A DNA stretch of 64,000 bases from Thermococcus sp. JdFR-02 (GTDB lineage: Archaea; Methanobacteriota_B; Thermococci; Thermococcales; Thermococcaceae). Under the pieces are notes generated by a model. That model searched no databases. It was not told the DNA's origin and saw nothing but the letters and a program-made list of their open reading frames with translations. Below are positions 31,297-41,383 of the stretch, piece after piece. Position numbers and translations under genes: made by a program. The stretch covers positions 44,534-108,533 of the forward strand of contig MTLP01000028.1 in NCBI GenBank assembly GCA_002009975.1, in the 5' to 3' direction. How positions within the stretch are numbered: position 1 is the first letter of the stretch; every line of letters starts with the position of its first letter.

Positions 31297-32655
31297 ATGA
31301 AGAAAAAAGCCGCGTTTGGAATTTTGTTGTTAGGTGTTTTTGTTTTTGGAGTAATGGCAAGTGGTTGTTTGCAAAAGCAGGGAACTACAACTACCCCTAC
31401 TGAGAGCAAAGCAGAGGAAACAAAAGAAGAAATTAAGATTGTTGAACTTGAATTTTGGCATGGAATTGAAGCTCCAGAAAACCAAAAGGTGTTAGAAGAG
31501 CTTGTTAAGAGGTTTGAGGAAACTCATCCAAATATTAAGATAAAGATTGTTAACTATGGCGCTCAAGATAAGGCAGTGCCAAAGATAATGTCTGCTGTTC
31601 AAGCTGGGACTCCACCTGACTTAGTTTGGCTTAACCCAGCACAAACAGGCTTCTTCGCTGAAGCTGGAGTTTTGGCACCAGTTGAAGATTTTATAAAAAA
31701 TGATCCATCATTTAACAAGGATGACGTATACGAAGGTCTTTGGGAACTTGGAACCTATAAAGGTAAAATTTACACTGCACCTTTTGACACTAACAACTTA
31801 GCTATTTATTATAACAAAGAGCTATTCAAGGAAGCGGGGCTCGATCCAGAGGCTTATATGGGCAAAGCATTAACATGGGAAGAATTTAGGGAATTAGCAA
31901 AGAAGCTTACAAAGGATAAAGATGGGGATGGAAAGATTGATCAATATGGCTTTATGGTCCCATTTGGAAGGTTAGAATGGACAGTTTGGACATGGGAGGT
32001 CTTCTTATGGTCAGCTGGTGGTGAGTTATTGACAGAAGATCAAAGCAAACCAATATTTGCAAGTGAAGCTGGGATAAAAGCTCTTCAATATTGGGTTGAT
32101 TTAGTTTATAAGGACAAAGTTGCGAAGTTAAGTGAAGCAAACGCAGGCTATAAGTTAGATGACTTCTTTGCTGGAAGAGTAGCTATGATGATTAATGGTC
32201 CATGGAATTTCCCAGTTCTTAAGAGTGAAGGATGGCTGGAGAAGACAGGGGTAATGTTAATGCCTTATGACAAGAGAATTGCCACAAACATTGGTGGAGA
32301 AAACTTGTTCATTTTCAAGACAACTCCTGAAAGAGAAAAAGCTGCTTGGGAGTTTGCTAAGTTTGTTATGAGTCCAGAGTTCCAAGTTCCATGGGCATTA
32401 AAAACTGGTTACTTGCCAGTCTGTAAGAGTGCTTTAGAGAATCCAGAATACAAAAAGTTCCTAGAGGAGAACGTGTTCATTAAAATATATGTCGAGAATC
32501 TTCAATATGGTAAAGCAAGACCTCCAGTTCCCCAATACCCCGAGATGTCAGCGGCAATTGGACAAGCTATTGAAGCCGCACTGTTGCAAAAGAAAGACCC
32601 AGAAACTGCTTTAAAAGAAGCTCAAACAAAAATTGAAGAATTGTTTAAGTCTTGA
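31297..32655 (+). CDS. Carbohydrate ABC transporter substrate-binding lipoprotein (CUT1)
   Basis: Signal peptide with MASGC lipobox, Thr-rich linker, LEFWHG, AIYYNKELF, GRVAMMINGPW. Confidence 0.93.
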   Translation: MKKKAAFGILLLGVFVFGVMASGCLQKQGTTTTPTESKAEETKEEIKIVELEFWHGIEAPENQKVLEELVKRFEETHPNIKIKIVNYGAQDKAVPKIMSAVQAGTPPDLVWLNPAQTGFFAEAGVLAPVEDFIKNDPSFNKDDVYEGLWELGTYKGKIYTAPFDTNNLAIYYNKELFKEAGLDPEAYMGKALTWEEFRELAKKLTKDKDGDGKIDQYGFMVPFGRLEWTVWTWEVFLWSAGGELLTEDQSKPIFASEAGIKALQYWVDLVYKDKVAKLSEANAGYKLDDFFAGRVAMMINGPWNFPVLKSEGWLEKTGVMLMPYDKRIATNIGGENLFIFKTTPEREKAAWEFAKFVMSPEFQVPWALKTGYLPVCKSALENPEYKKFLEENVFIKIYVENLQYGKARPPVPQYPEMSAAIGQAIEAALLQKKDPETALKEAQTKIEELFKS

Positions 32656-32686
32656 CATTTTTATTTTTATTTTTGGAGGTGAGGAA

Positions 32687-33571
32687 ATGAGAGCATTTCC
32701 TAATAGAGAGCTGAGACATAACCTTGAAGCTTACACTTTTCTTGCACCTGCTTTAACTATCATGATCATCTTCTTAGCTTACCCAGTTCTGAACCTATTT
32801 TACATAAGCTTTTTTGATTGGAGAGGATTAGGAGCTAGGCATTTCGTCTTCCTTGATAATTATAAGATGCTTTTACGAAATGAGGAGTTTAGATTAGTTT
32901 TTAAAAACACCCTTATCTATATTCTTGGAGTAGTTCCAACCACGATGGTTTTCTCACTTTTTGCAGCTGTTTTGTTAAATTCAAAAATTAAGCTTAGGGG
33001 ATTTTATAGGACTTCAATTTTTTCTCCTACTGCAATATCATTTGTAGCAACTGGTATCATCTGGGTTTGGATGTTTAACTTAGATTATGGGCTTGTTAAT
33101 AGAGTTTTGAATGCTTTAGGTTTTTCAGTAATAGACTGGCTTAGAAGCACACCTTGGGCAATGGTTGCTGTTATAATAGCCACTGTTTGGGCAAGAGTTG
33201 GCTACTTTATGGTAATATACTTAGCAGGACTTCAAACCATTCCAGAGGATTATTACGAAGCATCGGATATTGATGGAGCTAATTCACTTCAAAAATTCCT
33301 TCATGTAACACTACCATTGCTAAAGCCAACCCACGTTTTAGTTCTTGTCATGCTCACAATTTTTTCATTTAGAGACTTTGATCAGATTTACACAATGACA
33401 GGGGGCGGACCTTTGATGTCAACAACAACCTTAGCTTATTATATTTATGTGCTGAGCTTTGAGCGGTTTAGATTCTCCCAAGGAGCTACAGTAGCCGTTA
33501 TTTTACTCTTCCTTGTAATATTAGTACAGTATTTACAGAGGAAAGTGTTTGGAGAGGAGGCAATTTACTGA
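32687..33571 (+). CDS. Carbohydrate ABC permease (MalF-like)
   Basis: LAGLQTIPEDYYEASDIDGA EAA loop. Confidence 0.93.
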   Translation: MRAFPNRELRHNLEAYTFLAPALTIMIIFLAYPVLNLFYISFFDWRGLGARHFVFLDNYKMLLRNEEFRLVFKNTLIYILGVVPTTMVFSLFAAVLLNSKIKLRGFYRTSIFSPTAISFVATGIIWVWMFNLDYGLVNRVLNALGFSVIDWLRSTPWAMVAVIIATVWARVGYFMVIYLAGLQTIPEDYYEASDIDGANSLQKFLHVTLPLLKPTHVLVLVMLTIFSFRDFDQIYTMTGGGPLMSTTTLAYYIYVLSFERFRFSQGATVAVILLFLVILVQYLQRKVFGEEAIY

Positions 33572-33580
33572 GGTGATAAA

Positions 33581-34411
33581 ATGAAGGTTAAGACAAGGAA
33601 ATTTACCTTAAAAAGCTTAGCAATTCATGTATCAACTTGGGTTTTTATAATCATCATTATAGTACCTATCCTTTGGACTTTCTTTACATCACTTAAAACT
33701 CCCGTAGAAATAGCCAAGGGAACGATTTTACCTGAAGCTTGGAAATGGGAAAACTATAGATTAGCTTGGGAACAGGCAGAGTTTCCAAGAAAATTTTTAA
33801 ACAGTTTTATAGTGGCTATAACAGTTACCTTGGGTCAAATAGTTACTTCTGCAATGGCTGGTTATGCATTGGCAAGAATGGAATTTAAAGGGAGAGAGTT
33901 AATATTCAGCATAGCTATTGCGTCAATGCTGATCTCTGAGCAAATAATAATTGTTCCCCTTTATGTTTTATTAGCAAAGCTTGGATGGATAGACAGCTAC
34001 AAAGGATTAATGATTCCTTGGTTTTTCAATGGCTTTGGTGTTTTCTTATTTAGGCAGTTCTTTCTCACGATTCCAAAAGATATAGAAGAAGCAGCAATAG
34101 TTGATGGGGCATCACGCTTTAGAATACTTTGGCAAGTTATGTTACCTCTAGCAACTCCAGCAGTTTTGACGCTTTTCATGTTCACATTTATAGCAGAATG
34201 GAATTCCCTTTTCAAGTGGCTTATCTTGATAAAATCTCCTGAAATGAGGAACGTGCAGCTTGGCTTAACTCTCTTTCAAGAGCAATTCATTGCTCAATAC
34301 AATCTCTTAACAGCTGCAACAATAATTGTTTCTCTACCATCAGTCATACTCTTTCTAATCGGTCAAAGATACTACATCAAGGGTATTGCAATGAGCGGAG
34401 TAAAGGGGTGA
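33581..34411 (+). CDS. Carbohydrate ABC permease (MalG-like)
   Basis: RQFFLTIPKDIEEAAIVDGAS EAA loop. Confidence 0.93.
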   Translation: MKVKTRKFTLKSLAIHVSTWVFIIIIIVPILWTFFTSLKTPVEIAKGTILPEAWKWENYRLAWEQAEFPRKFLNSFIVAITVTLGQIVTSAMAGYALARMEFKGRELIFSIAIASMLISEQIIIVPLYVLLAKLGWIDSYKGLMIPWFFNGFGVFLFRQFFLTIPKDIEEAAIVDGASRFRILWQVMLPLATPAVLTLFMFTFIAEWNSLFKWLILIKSPEMRNVQLGLTLFQEQFIAQYNLLTAATIIVSLPSVILFLIGQRYYIKGIAMSGVKG

Positions 34412-34415
34412 TAAC

Positions 34416-35618
34416 ATGAGAATAGCCATGATAACTCCACATGGAGACCCATTAGGGAAGCTGGGGGAACCAGATACTGGAGGACAATGTGTTTATGTTA
34501 AGGAGTTGAGCAAGCATTTAGGGAAGCTTGGAGCTGAAGTAGATATTTTCACAAGACAAAGAGGTGGAAGAAGGGAAATAGAACAAATAAGCGAAAATGT
34601 TAGAGTTATTAGGATTGAGTGCGGACCGGAGGGATTTATTCCAAAGGAAAAGTTGATGCCATATTTACCAGAGTTTACTGAAAAAGTCGCTGACTATGTC
34701 GAAAAAAGACAGTATGACATAATTCACACCCACTACTGGGACGGTGGCTTTGTTGGGCTGAAGCTTAAAGAGCGCTTTAGGGTTAAACTGGTACACACTT
34801 CCCATTCTCTCGGAGTTTTAAAAGCTAAAGCTCTGGGAAACTTTGAGCCTTATAAAGAGAGGATTGCTCTTGAAAAAGAAATTTATGGGAAGAGTGATGC
34901 GATAATTGCAACAACGAAGATTGAAAAGAATGACATAGCAACGCTTTATGGAATAGATGAAAGTAAAATTTATGTAATCCCCATAGGAGTTGATACAACT
35001 TTTTATAAGCCAATGGGAACCAAAGGCAAACTCAAAAAAGATCTTAACCTGCCACAAATTCCATTGGTCTTTGCATTAGCAAGACTTGATCCAAGAAAGG
35101 GTCTTGACCTTCTTATAAAAAGCGTTCCTTATATTAAGAAACACTACAATGGAGACTTTTTAGTATTGATCAGCACTGGCACGGGAGCTAAGGAAGAGGA
35201 GAAGGAGATGAACAAGCTTTTAACACTAATAAGAGAGCTAGATGTGGAGAAAGAGATTAAGATAATACCAGCAATTAAGCCAATAGACCTTGTGCCGAAA
35301 TACTACTCAGCGGCAGATGTATTTGTTCTTCCATCCCCCTATGAACCCTTTGGAATAGTTATGCTTGAAGCAATGGCGTGCAAAGCTCCAATGGTTGCAA
35401 CGAAGTTTGGAGGACCAGCAGAAGTGATCCAAGATGGCTATGATGGCTTTTTAGTTGATCCAAAGGATTCTGGGGAAATGGGCAAAAAGATTGCAGAGCT
35501 TTTAAGAGATGATAAGAAAAGAGAGCTTTTTGCAGAAAGAGCATATAAAAAGGTCATGGAAAAATACTCATGGAGCAGTGTTGCAAAAGAAGTGTTAAGT
35601 CTGTTCAGGGGTCTTTAG
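34416..35618 (+). CDS. GT4 glycosyltransferase, sucrose-phosphate synthase / sucrose synthase / MfpsA-like
   Basis: PHG...DTGGQCVYVKEL, HTHYWDGG, HTSHSLG, ARLDPRKG, YEPFGIVMLEAMAC...ATKFGGP. Confidence 0.85.
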   Translation: MRIAMITPHGDPLGKLGEPDTGGQCVYVKELSKHLGKLGAEVDIFTRQRGGRREIEQISENVRVIRIECGPEGFIPKEKLMPYLPEFTEKVADYVEKRQYDIIHTHYWDGGFVGLKLKERFRVKLVHTSHSLGVLKAKALGNFEPYKERIALEKEIYGKSDAIIATTKIEKNDIATLYGIDESKIYVIPIGVDTTFYKPMGTKGKLKKDLNLPQIPLVFALARLDPRKGLDLLIKSVPYIKKHYNGDFLVLISTGTGAKEEEKEMNKLLTLIRELDVEKEIKIIPAIKPIDLVPKYYSAADVFVLPSPYEPFGIVMLEAMACKAPMVATKFGGPAEVIQDGYDGFLVDPKDSGEMGKKIAELLRDDKKRELFAERAYKKVMEKYSWSSVAKEVLSLFRGL

Positions 35619-35629
35619 GGGGGATTTTA

Positions 35630-36490
35630 TTGATAGATGTACTTTCAATAGGTGAAGTGCTTGTAGACTTAAAAATCATTGACGGAAAGATAAGCGTGCA
35701 TAGTGGAGGGTCTTGTCTCAACGTTGCTTTCTATTCAGCACAGCTTGGAGCAAGATCATCTTTTATTGGGACGGTGGGCGATGACTTTCTTGGGAGGTAC
35801 ATAACAAAAGAGCTTGAAAGCTTGGATTTTAAAATCCCCCTTTCAGTTATTAACCAAAACACCACATTAGTTCTCATAAAGTCTGAAAAAGAAAAGCTTG
35901 AACCCTTAATTTACAGGGGAGCCGATAGGTTCATAACAGAGGAGCAAATAGTTGAAAGCTGGAAAGATGCAAGAATCGTTCATACTTCAGCTTTTGCCCT
36001 TTCACTCAATCCAAGCAAGGAAGCAATTTTAAATGCATTAAAGCAGGCAAAGGAGAATGGTTCTCTAATTTCAGTTGATCCTAATTATAGAAAGGATATC
36101 TGGAAAAGATGGGGAGCTGACGAGAGGGCACTTTTAGAGGCTATTTCAATAGCCGATATTGTTAAGCCTTCAATAGAAGACGCAAAAGAGCTCTTAGGAA
36201 TAAGGGATCCAATGAAAGCTTTAAAGATTTTTAAGGGGCTTGGTGCTAAAAACGTTATATTAAGCATGGGTGCGAAAGGGGTTATTGCATTAACTGAAGA
36301 CGACAGGCTTATTAATATATCGAGCAAAAGGGTTAATGTCGTGGATCCAACTGGTGCTGGAGATTCACTCCTGGGTACAATATTAGCAAAGTTTTCAAGG
36401 GGTTATGATATAGAAGAAGCAATAGAAGTTGGCACAGAAGTTGCGGCTAAAGTTGTCAGCACAGAAGGTACGCTAGTTAAGGTGGTATAG
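35630..36490 (+). CDS. PfkB-family carbohydrate kinase (fructokinase-like)
   Basis: IGEVLVD, GTVGDDFLG, YRGAD, DPNYR, VVDPTGAGD; probable TTG start after a G-rich RBS. Confidence 0.88.
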   Translation: MIDVLSIGEVLVDLKIIDGKISVHSGGSCLNVAFYSAQLGARSSFIGTVGDDFLGRYITKELESLDFKIPLSVINQNTTLVLIKSEKEKLEPLIYRGADRFITEEQIVESWKDARIVHTSAFALSLNPSKEAILNALKQAKENGSLISVDPNYRKDIWKRWGADERALLEAISIADIVKPSIEDAKELLGIRDPMKALKIFKGLGAKNVILSMGAKGVIALTEDDRLINISSKRVNVVDPTGAGDSLLGTILAKFSRGYDIEEAIEVGTEVAAKVVSTEGTLVKVV

Positions 36491-37492
36491 ATGGAAAGGT
36501 TGCTTGAGAAATTCAAAGAATTCGGCTTTACCAAATATGAAGCCTTGGCTTATCTTACTCTTTTAGCCTATGGATCTCTAACTGCAAGAGGAATTTCAAA
36601 GAGAGCTCAAATACCATACAATAGAACTTACGATGTTCTAGCTTCCTTAATTGAAAAAGGCTTTGTTCAAGAGCTTGAGGGCAAATCAAGGACATTTATA
36701 GCTGTTGAGCCAGATGTTGCTTTTCATAGGTATTCCAAGGCATTAGAGCAGCTTAAAGAGGAAGTTAAAAGAGCAGCTGAAAACTTAAGAGTTGAGGAAA
36801 GGGAATATGCTATTTGGAGGTTTTCTTCTCCAGAAGAAGTTCTTATAAGCCTGAAGAACATGATGAAGAATACTACCTTTGAGTTTACACTTTTAGCTCC
36901 AAACAATTTCTTGTTTCAAATAACGGACGAATTAAAGGAGCTTTTGAAAAGAGGGGTAACGCTTTCTGTTTACACTGATGAAGATGTGGAGCTTGGATTA
37001 GGTGGAAACATTTTTGTTAGGATTACAGATAAAACGGGGCATATAATAGCTTTAAGTGATATAAAAGAGGTTTTGGTTTCTCCAAGCTTGGCTTTTGAGG
37101 TTGGAAGTGAACTACCTTCTGGTTTTAAGTCTAACTTTCCGGAGATACTTTTCTCCTATTACATTTATATTAGGGATGTCTTTAACTCTTCAAAGCTCTT
37201 AGATTTCAATGTAGAAAGCTTCAATGAAAAAGAACTCCGCTTTGTAGTGTGCTATCATATAACCCAGATTCTTGAGAAGTTCTTCAACAAAGGATTTGAT
37301 GTTAAAGCTGAAATCCATACAACAACGGGGAATATTTTGGAGGGGAATGTGGTGGGGTTCATTGACAACAAAGTGGTAAACAACTTCTCTTTGGATATAA
37401 ATGGAACAAAAGTCACTGTTGGGGGTCCATTTTCGATTATTGAAGAGTATGAAGAAGAAGGGACTATCCTTTACCCACAAAAGAGAACATAA
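36491..37492 (+). CDS. TrmB-family sugar-responsive transcriptional regulator
   Basis: FGFTKYEALAYLTLL...IPYNRTYDVLASL winged HTH; C-terminal VTVGG sugar-binding region. Confidence 0.92.
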   Translation: MERLLEKFKEFGFTKYEALAYLTLLAYGSLTARGISKRAQIPYNRTYDVLASLIEKGFVQELEGKSRTFIAVEPDVAFHRYSKALEQLKEEVKRAAENLRVEEREYAIWRFSSPEEVLISLKNMMKNTTFEFTLLAPNNFLFQITDELKELLKRGVTLSVYTDEDVELGLGGNIFVRITDKTGHIIALSDIKEVLVSPSLAFEVGSELPSGFKSNFPEILFSYYIYIRDVFNSSKLLDFNVESFNEKELRFVVCYHITQILEKFFNKGFDVKAEIHTTTGNILEGNVVGFIDNKVVNNFSLDINGTKVTVGGPFSIIEEYEEEGTILYPQKRT

Positions 37493-37501
37493 GGAAGAAA
37501 G

Positions 37502-37912
37502 CTACTCTCCCTTTGTCTTCATGATTTTAATTCTTCCAAGGGTTTCCCAGTATTCTACGTTTATCCCCTCTGTTATCTTATCCTTGATTTCATCGGCAAC
37601 TCCGCTTTCTATTGGAACATCAAATATCTCATAGGTTTCCATATCCATTAGTTGCACTGTATCTGGTGTAATTGCAATAATTTGTCCAGTTCTTTTGTCG
37701 ATGATTGGAACATCAACTTCAGCGCTTGTTGGCTTAACTATGCTCCTTGTCTTTTTGTCAAATATTCCAACGGCATCAATTCTTGCCTTTGCTGAACCGT
37801 GCTTACCTGGGGAAGAAATGGAGATGTTGACTATTCTGCATGGCTCACCATCAATAATAATGTACCTACCAACTTTAAGCTTTCCAACTACAGCTCTTGT
37901 TTTGTCTCCCAT
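37502..37912 (-). CDS. eif5a: Translation factor aIF5A
   Basis: [12 protein letters not shown] hypusine loop. Confidence 0.97.
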   Translation of the reverse strand: MGDKTRAVVGKLKVGRYIIIDGEPCRIVNISISSPGKHGSAKARIDAVGIFDKKTRSIVKPTSAEVDVPIIDKRTGQIIAITPDTVQLMDMETYEIFDVPIESGVADEIKDKITEGINVEYWETLGRIKIMKTKGE

Positions 37913-37991
37913 ATTCAAACCTCCATAAGCGCTCTAAGAGTGCTTCGATATAGTTCTTTAAAAAATTTTTGAAGGAGTGTTTGGGTATTTT

Positions 37992-38651
<660 letters not shown>

Positions 38652-38663
38652 TCATGCTCACCT

Positions 38664-39740
38664 CTATAGCTCTCTTTCAAACCTTTCAATCACAATTTCT
38701 CTCTCTTTAAGCCCTGAAATGATTTCATTGTAAGTGTCGTCTCTCATACCAAATATTTCTGGAGGAATAACACCAAAGGCACATCGCTGTTCCGCTATTA
38801 AACGAGCTATAATTGCCGCTGTAAACCCCGTAACTCTTGCCATAGAGGTAAATCCTCCCTTAGCTTCATCATAGAGGAAATACTTGATTTCTTTCTCTTT
38901 TTCTCCAGTTATGCCTTTTCCATAAACCTCCATTATTGAGAAGTCTTCACTTTCATACTGCATTAGAGGGGAAATAACCTTTAAGGTGAAATCTACATTC
39001 TCTGGCTTAAAGAATCCGAGCTCCCTTAAAACCTTCATCTTTTCTAAATGTCCCTTCCATCTTAAAGTCTTTTCTTCAAGGGTTTTTGCTCTAATAGTTT
39101 CAAGTAAAGTTCTCAATCCATCGCTAACGAACTCCTCGAACTTAAAATCTTTTATTTCAACACTCTCTATTTTTTCCAGAGGATCAACTTTTACAACCTG
39201 TCCCCTTTTAATTATCCTTGCCTCTCTCGTATACTCTTCAATTAAATCGTAAGGAGACCATGTGATCTTGTAATAAAGTGGTGGTTTTGGATCCTTAGGC
39301 AAGCCACCTACTCTAATAATTCCTTCCTCTAACTCATCAAGCTCTTGGTATATTCTTCCCAAAAAAATGTTGCTCAATCCTGGGGCAAAGCCAGCATCAA
39401 CCACTATCGTTATTTGAGCTTTTTCTGCCTCTTCTCTAAGCTCCATTGGATCTTCGGGCATAAAGGAGATATCCACCAAATCCCTCTTAGCTTCTATAGC
39501 AGCTTTTAAAGTTTTGAATCCAAATCTTCCTGGCAAAGCTCCAATAATTAGATCAAACTTTTTCATTGAATTTACTAATTCATCAAATTTGCCTGCATTA
39601 ACTTTTATTGGATTTGCAAACTCTTTAACTGCTTCGAGCCTTTCTTTGCTTATATCTCCAACCCATACTTCAAACTCCTTACTTAAGTCATAAGCTATTG
39701 CCTTCCCAACGTTTCCAGCGCCTAAGACGAGAACTTTCAT
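38664..39740 (-). CDS. Saccharopine dehydrogenase family / L-lysine 6-dehydrogenase
   Basis: VLGAGNVG, DAGFAPGLSN, VGGLP, TWSPYDLIEEY, SMARVTG. Confidence 0.85.
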   Translation of the reverse strand: MKVLVLGAGNVGKAIAYDLSKEFEVWVGDISKERLEAVKEFANPIKVNAGKFDELVNSMKKFDLIIGALPGRFGFKTLKAAIEAKRDLVDISFMPEDPMELREEAEKAQITIVVDAGFAPGLSNIFLGRIYQELDELEEGIIRVGGLPKDPKPPLYYKITWSPYDLIEEYTREARIIKRGQVVKVDPLEKIESVEIKDFKFEEFVSDGLRTLLETIRAKTLEEKTLRWKGHLEKMKVLRELGFFKPENVDFTLKVISPLMQYESEDFSIMEVYGKGITGEKEKEIKYFLYDEAKGGFTSMARVTGFTAAIIARLIAEQRCAFGVIPPEIFGMRDDTYNEIISGLKEREIVIERFEREL

Positions 39741-39800
39741 TTTTTCACCCTCCTGCATTTTGACCAAAGATATATATAAGGTTCATCTAAAATTAAAATC

Positions 39801-40391
39801 ATGCGTCTAAAGCTACCGAACCCATTGAGAAGAAGAAAGCTTCCCAAAGAGCTTCTAGAGAGTGGAGAAGTGAAATTAATGCATTTAAGTGACACTCCCG
39901 ATAACATTTACTCATTCATCTTCAATCTACTTGAAAAAGTTGAACCGGAATATATAATCCACACAGGGGACTTAGTTGATAACATTAAGCTTGAAAGAAA
40001 ACCAGAATTAAGGCAAAGGTATGAGAATTCTTTAAAAGCATTCCTTGAAATATTAGAGAACTCTGATGCTAAGGTTTATATTGTCCCTGGGAATGAGGAT
40101 GATGTTGAAGTTTTAAGGAAATTAGCAAAAAGAACGAGAATTTTAAAGCCGGGAAGCATTTTAGAGATTGAAGGTCTTAAGTTAGCGGTTTCTCACACTC
40201 CAATTGAGCTTTTGGATATAAACAATGTTGACTTAAAGCTCTATGGACATAACTTCAAGATAATCCCAAAGGGTCTCAATGGTCTGCTTAATGTTAACTT
40301 TATACTATTTCCGAGCAAGAGAATTGTTAAGGTTAAATATCCAGATGGTACTAATTTTGAAAGAGGATATAAGCTTATGAGGGGGTTGTGA
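39801..40391 (+). CDS. Calcineurin-like metallophosphoesterase
   Basis: HLSDTP, HTGDLVD, PGNED, SH, GHN (partly divergent ligands). Confidence 0.82.
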   Translation: MRLKLPNPLRRRKLPKELLESGEVKLMHLSDTPDNIYSFIFNLLEKVEPEYIIHTGDLVDNIKLERKPELRQRYENSLKAFLEILENSDAKVYIVPGNEDDVEVLRKLAKRTRILKPGSILEIEGLKLAVSHTPIELLDINNVDLKLYGHNFKIIPKGLNGLLNVNFILFPSKRIVKVKYPDGTNFERGYKLMRGL

Positions 40392-41383
40392 TGAAGTTAT
40401 TGAGATTTGGTGCTTCCTTAGTTTTTGCAAGGGCTTCTGACGTTGAAAAGGCAGAAAAATTCCTGACAAATCTTTTTGGTGTTTCAAAGATATCTGTTGA
40501 CGATGCTCTAAAAAATAGTGGTGAGTTTGAAACCATAATATTCGTGACCCCGCTGGAAGAATGGAAAACGATACTAAACTTGAGGAGAGGAGCATTTTTA
40601 GTTAGAATGCGCTGTGATAGTGTTTTAAAGGAGTTGCTGAATTCTAAAGCCCCGATAGATAGGATAAACCTTGGACCTCATATGATTTTGCTTAGAATCC
40701 CTCAAGGTGTTGAAAAAGTCACAGAGATTATTTCTGAGAGATACAATGGGAAGGTGGTAAGCCTTGCAAGAGGCATTAATGAAGGGGAGGAGAGAGATAC
40801 TCTCTTAATAATTACGGACAAAAAATTGACCTTGCCAGTAGGTGTGAGGGACTTAAAATCCATAGTGCTTGTACATGAGGATTTTGTTGACTTCTACAGA
40901 ACATTGAGCGTAGATTTGCCTATTTTATTATACAAAGCCCTTCCAGAAGGTTGGAAAGAAATCGTCATTAGAATTTATGACACTGAAAAAAGGTATGAGG
41001 AGAACATTGAGAGACTTTTACTCGTGCTGGAAGATTTAGATTTGGGCTTTGTTATAAGTGAAGGCTGGGATTGGGATTACCCAAGACCCTTCATGAGGAT
41101 CAGAGTTTACAAAGTAAAACTTATTACGTGGGAAGATCCTCTGAGAATTAAGTTCCTTCTCAAAGGGCTTGAGTACAAGGGATATAACAGATTTGCCGAT
41201 ATTGATGTTTTTGTTGAAGGTGAAAAGATACCATGGATCAAAGTTTCCAAAAAATTTAACTCAAAATTTGAGCTTGCAAAAGCCGCAAGAGAGGAGCTTG
41301 AAAAACTTTTAAGCGAGGGTGCGAAGAGAAAGCTTCATAAAATTGAAGCTAAGCTTTTGGGAGAAGAGAAAGATCTTCGATAG
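40388..41383 (+). CDS. Hypothetical protein with possible CitX-like C-terminal motif
   Basis: 331-aa ORF with GTGA overlap; IKFLLKGLE...RFADIDV motif. Confidence 0.7.
   Translation: MMKLLRFGASLVFARASDVEKAEKFLTNLFGVSKISVDDALKNSGEFETIIFVTPLEEWKTILNLRRGAFLVRMRCDSVLKELLNSKAPIDRINLGPHMILLRIPQGVEKVTEIISERYNGKVVSLARGINEGEERDTLLIITDKKLTLPVGVRDLKSIVLVHEDFVDFYRTLSVDLPILLYKALPEGWKEIVIRIYDTEKRYEENIERLLLVLEDLDLGFVISEGWDWDYPRPFMRIRVYKVKLITWEDPLRIKFLLKGLEYKGYNRFADIDVFVEGEKIPWIKVSKKFNSKFELAKAAREELEKLLSEGAKRKLHKIEAKLLGEEKDLR

Noticed and set aside
34416-35618. Calling the glycosyltransferase TreT
   Set aside because: The context is similar, but the N-terminal motif is DTGGQxVYV (SPS-like) rather than the GGGVAE type of TreT
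40388-40440. C/D-box sRNA (GTGATGA...CTGA)
   Set aside because: Coincides with a CDS start and lacks properly spaced internal D'/C' boxes
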